64,000 bases of DNA. Source: Desulfatiglandales bacterium. Lineage in GTDB: Bacteria; Desulfobacterota; DSM-4660; Desulfatiglandales; HGW-15. The notes under the pieces are model-generated. The model ran no database searches and was not told the origin of the DNA. It saw only the letters and a program-made list of their open reading frames with translations. The translations under genes were made by a program, and so were the position numbers. Where the stretch lies: contig CAXXJJ010000001.1 of NCBI GenBank assembly GCA_963667015.2, forward strand, positions 1,504,001-1,568,000, read 5' to 3'. Positions 10,238 to 20,201 of the stretch are shown piece after piece (within the stretch, counting starts at the first letter, position 1; every line of letters starts with the position of its first letter).

Positions 10238-10981
10238 ATGCTAATCAAAATAAAGACATTACAGGGCTTTGAATTAAACAGCCAAAACGGAGAAATAGGG
10301 AAAGTCGAACAATTCTACTTTGATGATCAGCACTGGGCAATTCGCTATCTTGTAGCCGACACCGGAAACTGGCTCAGGGACAGGAAGGTGCTGATCTCCC
10401 CCTATGCCCTTGTCACTGTGAACAAAGAAGATAAAAATATAATACTCAATTTGACTAAAAAGCAGATTGAGGACAGTCCGCTCCTGGAGAATGACAGACC
10501 GGTCTCGCAGCAATTCGAGGAGGCCTACCACGGGTATTATGGATGGCCGATATACTGGTATGGCTCAAGCATGTGGGGGGCCTATCCCTCTATTGAGCGT
10601 GACCGTGAAAAATGGAAAAAAACCGTCCAAAGTAAAAAAGCCCGGGATATGAATTTGCGCAGCAGTAATGCTGTGAGTGGTTATATCATTCAAGCCTCAG
10701 ACGGAGAGATTGGACATGTAGATGATTTTATCATCGATGACGAAGCGTGGGCGATCCGTTATTTGATCATCGATACCGTGAACTGGTGGTCGGGGAAAAA
10801 GGTCCTTATCTCACCACGATGGATTGAGCATGTTAGTTGGGAAAAGTCAGAAGTCTTCGTCAATATTTCCCGCGAGACCATCAAACAGGCACCGGAATAC
10901 AAGGATGGGTCTCTGCTGACGCGGAATTATGAGGCCGAACTGCACCAGCATTATAATCATCAGGGATACTGGGGTAATTAA
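10238..10981 (+). CDS. Double PRC-barrel domain protein
   Basis: Two copies of GEIGxVxxFxxDDxxWAIRYLxxDTxNW...KVLISP. Confidence 0.9.
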   Translation: MLIKIKTLQGFELNSQNGEIGKVEQFYFDDQHWAIRYLVADTGNWLRDRKVLISPYALVTVNKEDKNIILNLTKKQIEDSPLLENDRPVSQQFEEAYHGYYGWPIYWYGSSMWGAYPSIERDREKWKKTVQSKKARDMNLRSSNAVSGYIIQASDGEIGHVDDFIIDDEAWAIRYLIIDTVNWWSGKKVLISPRWIEHVSWEKSEVFVNISRETIKQAPEYKDGSLLTRNYEAELHQHYNHQGYWGN

Positions 10982-11086
10982 TAAGGCGATCCTGAATAGG
11001 AGAGAATAAAAAAGACCTCGAAGTATAGACCTGCATAGTCTAACAGGATAAAATTATTATACCCTGGAAAGCCGGAAGAGAGAAGC

Positions 11087-11836
11087 ATGAATCTGCGTGT
11101 TCTGTCATATAATATCCACCGGGCAATCGGGCTTGACCGCCGTTTCCGTCCGCAACGCATTGCCACGATACTGGCACACCATAATGCCGATATCATCCTG
11201 CTGCAGGAAGTGGATGCAGGGGTGCCCCGCTCCCGGGGGCTGGACCTGGCCCGGGAACTGGCCGACAGTCTCGGGTATCCGCATCATGCGTTGGGGCTTA
11301 ATGTGAAACTGCGCAAGGGGATGTACGGAAACGCTACCCTGAGCCGCTATCCCATTGTTAATGAACGTAATATCGATCTAACCATTGAATCCGGCAGAGC
11401 CCGGGGTTGTCTGTATACCGACATCGCGCTGCCTGTAACAAATATGGGGAATGCGGAAATCGCGGTCTTTAATCTCCATCTTGGGTTGTCTTTTAAGGAA
11501 AGGCCCCGCCAGATCGGCATGCTGGTGCGCTCCGACGAGTTCCGTGCACTTGGCCTGCAGGATTCCTGTCTGGTAGGCGGTGACCTGAATGACTGGCAGA
11601 CGCGCCTGGCGCCCATATTTACCGAGATACTGGGATTTGAATGCGCCACCAACCATGGCTGGGGGTATCAGAAATCATTTCTTACCTATCCTTCCTTTTC
11701 ACCAAGCGGCGGCCTGGATAAAATATTCTGCCGGGGTGGGCTGGAAATTGTGGACGGTCGGCGATGTCGTCTCCGGGTCTCTAAAGTTGCCAGCGATCAT
11801 CTAGCGGTGATTGCTGATATTAAAGTTAAAATGTAA
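11087..11836 (+). CDS. Endonuclease/exonuclease/phosphatase (YbhP-like)
   Basis: SYNIH, LQEVD, GDLNDW, LDKIF, SDHL motifs; adjacent to clsB. Confidence 0.9.
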   Translation: MNLRVLSYNIHRAIGLDRRFRPQRIATILAHHNADIILLQEVDAGVPRSRGLDLARELADSLGYPHHALGLNVKLRKGMYGNATLSRYPIVNERNIDLTIESGRARGCLYTDIALPVTNMGNAEIAVFNLHLGLSFKERPRQIGMLVRSDEFRALGLQDSCLVGGDLNDWQTRLAPIFTEILGFECATNHGWGYQKSFLTYPSFSPSGGLDKIFCRGGLEIVDGRRCRLRVSKVASDHLAVIADIKVKM

Positions 11837-11893
11837 GCTTTCAGGGTAAAATGCCCGGTTGCCGGATCTTTTATTAAAAAGGGAAACAGTTCT

Positions 11894-13066
11894 GTGACTC
11901 GAATGATACCAAACAATAATATCTCCCTTTTACAAAACGGTGAAGAATATTTTCCGGCAATGGAAGCGGCGCTGGACCGGGCGATGCATGAAATTTACCT
12001 GGAAAGCTATATTTTCGAAAGTGACAATACCGGAAAGCGTATTGTGGAAGCGCTCAGGCGGGCAGCTTTTCGCGGTGTAAAAACCCACATGCTGATCGAT
12101 GGCTTCGGATCGAATCGTTTTCCGAAAACCATGATCGATTACCTTGAAGCGGCCGGCGTAATGGTGTTGAAGTTCCGGCCCAGGATATCGCTCTGGACGC
12201 TGAGACGGCGGAGGTTGCGTCGTCTGCACCGGAAAATAGTGGTTGTGGACCTGAAGGTCGCGTTTGTGGGCGGCATTAATGTTATCGATGACAGTGATAT
12301 TTCCGGACAGCAATCGATTCGGTATGACCATGCGGTACAGGTTGAAGGGCCCCTGGTGGCAGAAATTCATCATTCTGCCCGCAGGGTGTGGTCGCGGGTG
12401 GCGTTGACCCGGTTGCAACCCGGCCTGCTTTTGGAAAAAGAGAGACATGCGCTTCCCGTCAAACCCGGGGGCAATATGCGTGCAGCTTTTTTGCTGAGAG
12501 ATAACATCCGCCATCGACGCGATATCGAAAATGCCTATCTTCAAGCGATGGATCATGCACAATTCGAAATCATTCTTGCAAGTGCCTATTTTTTCCCGGG
12601 GTTGAATTTTCGTCGTGTTCTTTCAGCTGCTTCAGCGCGGGGAGTCCGGGTGGTTTTGCTGTTGCAGGGAAAGACTGATCACCAGTTGCTTCATTATGCA
12701 TCACATGCCCTGTTTGGCAGTTTCCTCGAGGCAGGGATTGAGATCTATGAATACAGAAAGTGCCTCCTGCACGCCAAGGTCGCAGTGATTGATGAACATT
12801 GGGCCACGGTGGGATCCTCAAACCTTGACCCTTTCAGTCTGCTGCTTTCTCTTGAGGCAAATGTTATCATTGACGATACAGATTTTGCCAAAAAATTGAA
12901 ATACAGCCTGGAGCAGGAAGTCAGAATAGGAGCCCGGCGGGTATTTAAAAACAACTGGAGAGCGCAGGCAAAATGGCTGCGGCTGGCGAATTGGCTCTGT
13001 TACGGTCTGGTGCGATTTTTGATAGGAATTACGGGATATGCCCAGGGACAACCCCGGGACACGTAA
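11894..13066 (+). CDS. clsB: Cardiolipin synthase ClsB
   Basis: Two HKD motifs (HRKIVVVD, HAKVAVID...GSSNLD); EEP-clsB order. Confidence 0.9.
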   Translation: MTRMIPNNNISLLQNGEEYFPAMEAALDRAMHEIYLESYIFESDNTGKRIVEALRRAAFRGVKTHMLIDGFGSNRFPKTMIDYLEAAGVMVLKFRPRISLWTLRRRRLRRLHRKIVVVDLKVAFVGGINVIDDSDISGQQSIRYDHAVQVEGPLVAEIHHSARRVWSRVALTRLQPGLLLEKERHALPVKPGGNMRAAFLLRDNIRHRRDIENAYLQAMDHAQFEIILASAYFFPGLNFRRVLSAASARGVRVVLLLQGKTDHQLLHYASHALFGSFLEAGIEIYEYRKCLLHAKVAVIDEHWATVGSSNLDPFSLLLSLEANVIIDDTDFAKKLKYSLEQEVRIGARRVFKNNWRAQAKWLRLANWLCYGLVRFLIGITGYAQGQPRDT

Positions 13067-13257
13067 GGCCGATCAGGAACAAAGCCTGAAAGTCAGACGC
13101 GATAACGTCTATACACTAATCCGCACATGGCATACTGCCCTGTACCGGCAAAATGTTGATAGCTGTGTCAGAAAAATACAGAATACACTTGATAAAGGCG
13201 TTCAGAAGCAGGGTACGTCCCGGTTTATGTGCTCTAGAACTTTAAGTGCGTCACGGA

Positions 13258-14388
13258 TTAATAATGCTCAACAGGTGGAACATATCCTACCTCAAGGCAT
13301 TTAGGAATAACTATCCTGAAGCATGCCCCTTTCAGTTTTGAATCAAACGACTTACCAAATGCATTTGGACAAATTTCTAACTTTCCACCAACTTGTTCAA
13401 TAATCTCTTTTGAAATAGAAAGACCAATACCAGTTCCTGTTCCATTTGCATATGTTTTTCCTCTTACTATGTTGTTTCCATAAACAGACGGCATGCCGTT
13501 TCCATCATCCATAACCAAAAGTTCAACTGCAGGTTTAGAATCAAGCATAGTATCACTTGCTTTTATCTTTATATAACTGGCATTGCCCCGGTCGTCATTC
13601 ACTGCGTTTTTTATCATATTATACAATACCTGTTTAAGAGAAACATTGCTTCCTGACACAGAGTCATCTTTATCTTTACAATTGTTTTCATAGACAATAT
13701 TCAGATTCTTATCTGAGTATTTTGAACTAGTCATAAAACTGTATAAATTATCAAAAACATATTTCTCGATGGAATACACCAGCGGTTTGAACCCTAATTT
13801 TGAATTTAGCATAGCTTTAGCAATATCAGCAATATGCCTTCCTCTTATTGCATATTCCTTAAGTCGATTTGGGTCCTTACGCGATAATAAATACATGTTT
13901 GTAATGTCCTGAATATAGTTATTCGTATCATGAGTAAGATCACGAAATGATTGTTTTATAAAGGCAACTTTTTTCCTTGCAACCCTTATGAAATCATTAT
14001 CCAAAGAAAGATAATCATTTTCCATAGACGTAATGAATTCTGTAAATTGAGGGAAAAAAATCAGTTTTGCCTCATGCTTATCAAAGATATCTTCCCATGT
14101 TGCCTGTACTTTTTTATCAAGACAACTTGATCCACTAATAATATCTTCACCATATTGCACCATTAATCTCAAATGTTCTTCTAAAAAATGACCGAATAAA
14201 AGTGTTGCATTAAGATAATTATTTATTTTACCATCAATTTCCGGAATCTTTTCAGAAGAAGCAAAATCCCCTATGGATAAAGATTCACAGTTTTTAGTAA
14301 CATAACTATTAAAACCACCCTTATCTGCCAAAGGTATATTTTCCAAAGATACAAGGTGGTTTATCTGTTCATTTGATTCTTGAATCAT
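13258..14388 (-). CDS. Divergent, AT-rich histidine kinase-like protein
   Basis: H-box-like LTHDTNN, NMIKNA, DDGNG, GTGIGLSISK; start placed at ATG 14388, overlapping the wrbA-remnant stop. Confidence 0.75.
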   Translation of the reverse strand: MIQESNEQINHLVSLENIPLADKGGFNSYVTKNCESLSIGDFASSEKIPEIDGKINNYLNATLLFGHFLEEHLRLMVQYGEDIISGSSCLDKKVQATWEDIFDKHEAKLIFFPQFTEFITSMENDYLSLDNDFIRVARKKVAFIKQSFRDLTHDTNNYIQDITNMYLLSRKDPNRLKEYAIRGRHIADIAKAMLNSKLGFKPLVYSIEKYVFDNLYSFMTSSKYSDKNLNIVYENNCKDKDDSVSGSNVSLKQVLYNMIKNAVNDDRGNASYIKIKASDTMLDSKPAVELLVMDDGNGMPSVYGNNIVRGKTYANGTGTGIGLSISKEIIEQVGGKLEICPNAFGKSFDSKLKGACFRIVIPKCLEVGYVPPVEHY

Positions 14389-14471
14389 AATTTCGCCCAG
14401 AGCTTCCCTGTTGCATCCAGGAACTGCCTCATTTGACTGCACATGGAATAAAATATGATCAATATTTTCAT
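14385..14471 (-). pseudogene. wrbA: WrbA NAD(P)H:quinone oxidoreductase collapsed to a 28-aa mini-ORF
   Basis: GGAGG RBS; MKILIIFYSM fused in frame to CSQMRQFLDATGKLWAKL, two WrbA segments normally separated by a long stretch. Confidence 0.85.
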
Positions 14472-14651
14472 GGGGCTATCCTCCCTAAGTTTACTGAGAA
14501 AACATAACCTCCGTACATTCAGTTACTATATACTTAATATTCAAACGCGAATTATCATCAGTTGAGGTGTAAATTGCATGCAATTTTTGTACTGAAGGTA
14601 GAGAACCAATAATTAAGAAGATCAATAGTGAAATTATTCATTATTTCTATA

Positions 14652-14796
14652 ATCAACATTCGTGCCAGGTTTCCAACCTCGAATTCCGTGATGTATCACT
14701 TTGATTTATAAGGATAAATGCTGATAGAACTTATCCAGGCAAGTAATAAACAGGGAGGGAAAAGGGTCATATATGACGACTTGAACATATATGACC
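14652..14796 (-). promoter_or_regulatory. Sigma54 promoter module 3 (minus strand)
   Basis: GGTCATATATGACG 14765 and GAACATATATGACC 14783; minus-strand IHF-like AATCAAAGTGATA from 14706; TGGCACGAATGTTGAT from 14667. Confidence 0.82.
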
Positions 14797-14948
14797 CTTT
14801 TAATCCGCTGAAGTGGACGAATAAGCCAGAGGCTAATGCGTATAAAGTTGGACAATTGACAGAGAACAGGGGACCTCAAAATATTAAAACTTGATTGATA
14901 TTTTGAAGTACATCCCGGTTTATGTTGGCAAATCGTGGAATTTATCTA

Positions 14949-15322
14949 TTAACTGCAAACTAAAATCTCACCATACTTTATTTCTATTGCCCGAACCTCT
15001 CCTGTTGTTAATTTATTAAATTCTCTCTCCTTCGCCCGTTTTGACAGCTTTCCATTGTTTTGGGTAAGGAAGCGAATAAGCAAATCAACCAGGTTATCGG
15101 GCATATCGATATAGTTTTTAATGAACTCATTAAGCATGTCGTATTGTTTAAGGTATGCGACCTCTTCCGGAAGCGTTTTATTTACAGCTTCCTCAACACA
15201 TTCAAATAAAAACTCAGCCTGTTTAGTTGCGTCAAAATAACGATAAAGGTCGATAGTATCATTCAGGACTTCAACATTGTTTTTCTCTGTCGACCGCCAT
15301 TCTATAAAATCAAGCCTTGGCT
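14949..15322 (-). pseudogene. C-terminal fragment of a Fic-family protein
   Basis: PRLDFIEW...NVEVLNDTIDLYRYFDAT...DMPDNLVDLLIRFLTQNNGKLSKR; no start or Fic motif present. Confidence 0.65.
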
Positions 15323-15531
15323 TTAAAAAAATAGTTATATTATGTATTTTTAATGAAAATCGATTAAGTATTTAAAAGGAACAATCTTTTCCTAACAGCC
15401 TATAGCCTGCGAAAACGCTTCAGTCTGATTTTACCCTTGCTTTTTCAATCCATTAATCTTAAATCTAACCCATTAAAACTTATGGGGTCTATTAACCGAT
15501 TCAATATCTATAAAGGATCACAATAAATCAA

Positions 15532-17628
15532 ATGAGAAACAGACCTGTAAAACCACTGTTATTGGTCTTTTGGGGATTTTTGATCTTTGTCCTTTTGTCT
15601 ATTACTACCCCTCATTTCTGCATGGCAGAGTCCGAACCTTCGAAAAAGGAAGATACCCCCCAGATAGGAATCGCCCGGGATATGGGTGAAGTCGCAAAAA
15701 GGGAGGCAGTAAAGGTCAGAAAAGATCTTGAAAAACGCGCCAGGTCCCTGTTTGATCGGGAGCCCATGGGGTGGGATTTTCAAACTGTTCAATATCTTTA
15801 TACCGGAACCCTGTCCCTCCCATCCAGGATACCCGGGGTAACAAAGAGTCTCATTGCGGAAAGCCGGGTGCTTGGACTGGTGGGTTCCCTGCTGATCCTG
15901 CTTTTTGTTACTGCAGTCCTCTACAGTCTCATGGGTCAGAACCGAACCATAAAGTGGGTTGAAAAAAAGGCCGGGCCTGCTCTTCATACCATCCCTGAGG
16001 CCTACTATCCCTATCTCCTGTCCATCATCAAGGTGGTGGTTTCGGCCCTGATACCGCTGCTGCTGCTTGGTCTTTTTTCATTGATCAATCAGATGATTGT
16101 CTACCGCGCCACCTGGTTCCAGGTAACTGGGCGCCTGCTGGTGTTATGGACCGTGGGTGCGCTTTTATTGCGTCTTTTTAAAGAAACCCTCACCGGGAAT
16201 CTGTTTGCGGCTGCAGCCAACCACGGTAAGATGATTTTTGGTTACGTAAGGTTGATTTTACTTTATCTGATTGTGGGAATCGCGGTTTTGAGAGTTGCTG
16301 AAGTCTTTCAGGTCCGTGCTGATGTTCTGGGCCTTATACGGTTTGGTGTTTCCGTTTCAGTCTCCACAATACTGTTCCTTCTTTTTCTCAGGAAAGGCAT
16401 GTTCCTTTCCCTTCTGCCTGAACTTTCCTATCGTGGCTACCGGTGGGTATCGGGTTTCATCAGAAACAATTATTACCTGATACTTGGCATATCCTATCTT
16501 TCCGCGCTGTTGTGGTGTTTTGGGTATCCGAAGCTGGGGAAACTGGTGCTGTCCAAAATATGGCTGACGCTGGGGGCACTTTTGCTGGTAACACTGATTT
16601 ACTACCATCTCAAGGCGTATTTGAAGAGATGGTCCCTTAAACTCAAAGCGGAAGATGAGTCCGCACAGTTCCTGGTCCGGTCCATGCAGAGTCTGTTGTC
16701 CTATGCGATCCTGCTGTTTACGATCATCGTCCTGCTGAACCTGCTGGGTCTTTTGAATCCGCTGGCAAATATCATGTCTTTTCCCATATTTCAGCTGGGA
16801 GATACACTGGTTACACCATGGCTTATCATCAAGGCCGTTGTGATTCTTCTATCCTTTGTATTTGCTTCCCGTCTGCTGCAGGCCTACATGGATTACAAAA
16901 TCTACCCGGCCATCGGGGTCGATCCCGGGCTTGGCTATGCGCTGAACACATTTTTCAGGTATCTGTCCCTGGCTGTCGGATTTTTTATTTCCATCAGCCT
17001 GGTGGGCATTGACCTGCGATTCCTGCTGGTATTTGCAGGCGCGGCCGGAATTGGTATCGGCCTTGGGTTACAGAGCATGGCAGCCAATATTATCAGCGGT
17101 TTCAGTCTCATTTTCGGAGGGAAAATTCGAAAAGGCGACTGGATTGAGGTTGGAGATACCCTTGGAGTGGTCTCGGATATCTATCTTCGCGCAACAAAAG
17201 TCCGGACCCGGGATAATATTGAATATCTCGTTCCCAATGCAGACCTGATTTCCACAACCATCGTGAACTATTCTCTTTCTTCACCGCTTATCCGGATTGC
17301 AGTACCGGTTGGGGTATCCTACAACGCGGATCCGCGGGATGTGGAACGGATCATTCTCGATGTAGCGGAAAAAGAAGCCCTTGTGTCTAAAAAAGAAAAA
17401 CCACTTGTGCGTTTTGTGGAATACGGGGACAGTTCAATCAATTTTGAACTGCTTGTTTGGATCGATGTTCGGGAGGTGCCTCGCAGAAAGATTAAGAGTG
17501 CTCTTTACTTTGCCATTTTTGATGAATTCAGGAAGGCAGACATCGAGATTCCATTCCCCCAGAGAGACATCCATATCCGAAGCCGGAAAACGGTAAGCGA
17601 TCAGGGGACAATCCCGGGTAAGGAATGA
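15532..17628 (+). CDS. Large MscS-family mechanosensitive channel
   Basis: Multiple TMs; GIGIGLGLQ...IRKGDWIEVG...VPN...FGDSS-like YGDSSINFEL...IPFPQRDIH. Confidence 0.92.
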   Translation: MRNRPVKPLLLVFWGFLIFVLLSITTPHFCMAESEPSKKEDTPQIGIARDMGEVAKREAVKVRKDLEKRARSLFDREPMGWDFQTVQYLYTGTLSLPSRIPGVTKSLIAESRVLGLVGSLLILLFVTAVLYSLMGQNRTIKWVEKKAGPALHTIPEAYYPYLLSIIKVVVSALIPLLLLGLFSLINQMIVYRATWFQVTGRLLVLWTVGALLLRLFKETLTGNLFAAAANHGKMIFGYVRLILLYLIVGIAVLRVAEVFQVRADVLGLIRFGVSVSVSTILFLLFLRKGMFLSLLPELSYRGYRWVSGFIRNNYYLILGISYLSALLWCFGYPKLGKLVLSKIWLTLGALLLVTLIYYHLKAYLKRWSLKLKAEDESAQFLVRSMQSLLSYAILLFTIIVLLNLLGLLNPLANIMSFPIFQLGDTLVTPWLIIKAVVILLSFVFASRLLQAYMDYKIYPAIGVDPGLGYALNTFFRYLSLAVGFFISISLVGIDLRFLLVFAGAAGIGIGLGLQSMAANIISGFSLIFGGKIRKGDWIEVGDTLGVVSDIYLRATKVRTRDNIEYLVPNADLISTTIVNYSLSSPLIRIAVPVGVSYNADPRDVERIILDVAEKEALVSKKEKPLVRFVEYGDSSINFELLVWIDVREVPRRKIKSALYFAIFDEFRKADIEIPFPQRDIHIRSRKTVSDQGTIPGKE

Positions 17629-18067
17629 GAAACTCTTTATAAATGCAATTGATAAAAGATACTGAATTATGAAAGAGCGCCCCGATTAACAACCTTTGCC
17701 AGGTATAGGGTGGAATCATTAAAAAAAGTAAAAATGATAAAAGTTGATAATATTTTTACATCGAAAGAGGATGTTGGAAAAGTCCGCATGTCTCTTGAGA
17801 AAAAGACCGATAAGGCATTTTCCGGCTTTTTCAAGACAAAGCAAAAAGTTCAGGAAATGTCTCATCTGAAATACCCGGATTAATCTTTCGCTAACAGCCT
17901 ACAGCCTGAACCGCTTTCCTGGCCGGCAAAGCCCTGGCGACGATGGCAGCCTGATTTAACAATGACCTCATCCTTTTCTGGATTTTGGTATTTCCGGTCC
18001 GATTGACTTTTGGAGTATCAGCTGCTATATTGCTGAAAATCCGGAAAATCAGCAATTGAGGTGTCAT

Positions 18068-19210
18068 ATGTCCATAGGCCGAATACTTGATCTTACAGAG
18101 CTGTTAAAAAAGAAATCTTTTTTTCTGTTTGGTCCCAGATCTACCGGGAAGTCAACTCTCGTTAAACAACAGTTATTAAATTCGGCTGGCATCATTGATC
18201 TCCTTGATTCCCGTTTGTTTTTAAGGCTTTCCGGCGCTCCCCATGACCTTGAAGAGATAATAAACGCCGGGAACACAAACCTTGTTGTCATTGACGAAAT
18301 ACAACGTATCCCTGAGCTGCTGAATGAAGTCCATCGGCTGATTGAAGATAGAAAAATACGTTTCCTATTGACCGGGAGCAGCGCCAGGAAACTCAAAAGA
18401 GGCAATGCAAATCTTCTGGCGGGACGGGTATGGGAAGCAGGGCTTTATCCCTTAACATGGAAAGAGATCCCTGAATTCAATCTAGAAAGATATCTTCTGT
18501 TTGGCGGATTACCTGTAGTTTATCTCAGCGAATATCCTGAAGAGGAACTCGATGCCTATGTTAATACCTACCTGAAGGAAGAGGTAATGGCAGAAGGTTT
18601 AATAAGAAACCTCCCTCCCTTTGCCCGTTTTTTAAAGTCCATGGCCCTGGCAAGCGGAGAAGTTATAAATTTTACAAAACTTGGTAATGACTGTCAGGTT
18701 GCTTCTTCCACTGTAAGAGAATATATATCTCTTCTGGAAGACACCCTCGTTGGATTTTTACTTCCGGCATGGATAGAGTCAAAAAAAAGAAAAGCCGTTA
18801 AATCAGGCAAGTTTTATTTTTTTGATCCGGGAGTTACACATACCCTTTCAGGCACACAGGTACTAGATCGAAACTCAGATTTGTATGGTAAAAGTTTTGA
18901 ACAGTTTATTGGTATGGAGATAAGGGCATATCTTGGTTACAGAAGGAAAAAATTATCTCTATCATTCTGGAGATCAACCCATGGCCACGAAGTCGATTTT
19001 TTAATAGGGGATAAAGTGGCCGTCGAAGTAAAGTCAAGCCAGCGGGTAAACTCAACGGATGTTAAAGGCCTCAAAGTTCTTGCTGAAGAGAATGTATTTT
19101 CTGACTTCTATCTGGTAAGTCATGATCCGGTTGAAACCAAAAAAGGCAATATTCATGCGATTCACTGGAAAAATTTTCTTGAAAAATTGTGGGGTGATAA
19201 AATAATTTAA
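18068..19210 (+). CDS. AAA_14 ATPase with DUF4143 domain
   Basis: GPRSTGKST, IDEIQ, LTGSSAR, KFYFFDPG, EVDF...AVEVK. Confidence 0.9.
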   Translation: MSIGRILDLTELLKKKSFFLFGPRSTGKSTLVKQQLLNSAGIIDLLDSRLFLRLSGAPHDLEEIINAGNTNLVVIDEIQRIPELLNEVHRLIEDRKIRFLLTGSSARKLKRGNANLLAGRVWEAGLYPLTWKEIPEFNLERYLLFGGLPVVYLSEYPEEELDAYVNTYLKEEVMAEGLIRNLPPFARFLKSMALASGEVINFTKLGNDCQVASSTVREYISLLEDTLVGFLLPAWIESKKRKAVKSGKFYFFDPGVTHTLSGTQVLDRNSDLYGKSFEQFIGMEIRAYLGYRRKKLSLSFWRSTHGHEVDFLIGDKVAVEVKSSQRVNSTDVKGLKVLAEENVFSDFYLVSHDPVETKKGNIHAIHWKNFLEKLWGDKII

Positions 19211-19496
19211 AAAAGTACTGACTCACCTGTCCTCCAAAGCTTCAGCGACGGAGGATGATTTCTGACCTCTGCATTTTTACTTTCCCTAACAGCCTTCGGA
19301 CTAAACAGCTTCAGCCTAATTTAAAAGGATGATATTCCGGATTTAAGCAACAACATACGTTTTTCATATTCCTGAATATTAAATTTTTGGTACTACCTAT
19401 TAATATTATTTTATGTCGGTTGAGGGCTGCAGAGGTTCAGGACAAGCGATTTTACTCTAACTAAAGGGGTCATAAAGGGGTCATAAAGGGGGCAAG

Positions 19497-19619
19497 TCTC
19501 CTAATAGCTCATGGGCGTATAAGTAAAGAATAGGGGTAAAGAATAGTTGTAAATTGATAAAATATCGAAGATAAAAATAAGTAGAAATGAGCAAAATACA
19601 TTAATGAGCTAAACGGAGA
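19497..19619 (+). mobile_element. 123-bp MITE-like element, copy 1
   Basis: Imperfect TIRs TCTCCTAATAGCTCAT / ATGAGCTAAACGGAGA; near-identical copies at 29250 and 34223. Confidence 0.85.
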
Positions 19620-19707
19620 TTTGCCTTCCTTTTTTAATGGTGCAGGGGACCTCCCCTGATTACATAAGCGAAAAATAAATCATCCTGAAATATCATATTT
19701 GAAATAT

Positions 19708-19893
19708 TGCACATGGTTATGTGCTTGCTGCACCCGTCAATGTGCATTTTTCGATTTATTTATTCCCGAAAATAAATCCCTTCAATACAGCTTCATAAAT
19801 CCGGATACAGTTAAAACCGGCGTTATTCCAGATTATGCGATGTTTTTATCAGTGATGCACAGACAGTCACATGGTTATGGCATAATGTTTGTA
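19708..19893 (+). promoter_or_regulatory. Sigma54-type promoter with a different UAS pair (TGCAC-N8-GTGCW x2)
   Basis: TGCACATGGTTATGTGCT 19708 and TGCACCCGTCAATGTGCA 19729 (21-bp spacing); TGGCATAATGTTTGTA 19878. Confidence 0.6.
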
Positions 19894-20201
19894 ATGTGAA
19901 AGACAGCCTGAAGCGGTTTAGTCTGAAGGCTGAAGGAAAAACAAAAACAGCCTGGACCGCTTCAACCTGATTTTAAAATACACCACCAATATTAGTTTTC
20001 CGGAAAACCTGACTGCCTGATAGGTGCAAGGGTTTCATCTGTAGATTTTAAGTAAATAAAACTGCGAAGGCTTGATCAGTTATTGTCAGGAGCAAGGTGA
20101 AAACCCTGACATCCATTCATGGACCTGCAAAGCCCTGGCGACGACTGCAGCCTGGCAGTCTTCAGTCTAACAGCCTTCAGTCTGATACTAAGGAAAAGAA
20201 C

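Noticed and set aside
17734..17883. 49-codon ORF after mscS
   Set aside because: No convincing RBS or recognisable motif; cannot support
20097..20201. N-terminal extension of ParB-MTase
   Set aside because: Translates heptamer repeats (LQPGSLQSNSLQS); ATG 20202 preferred
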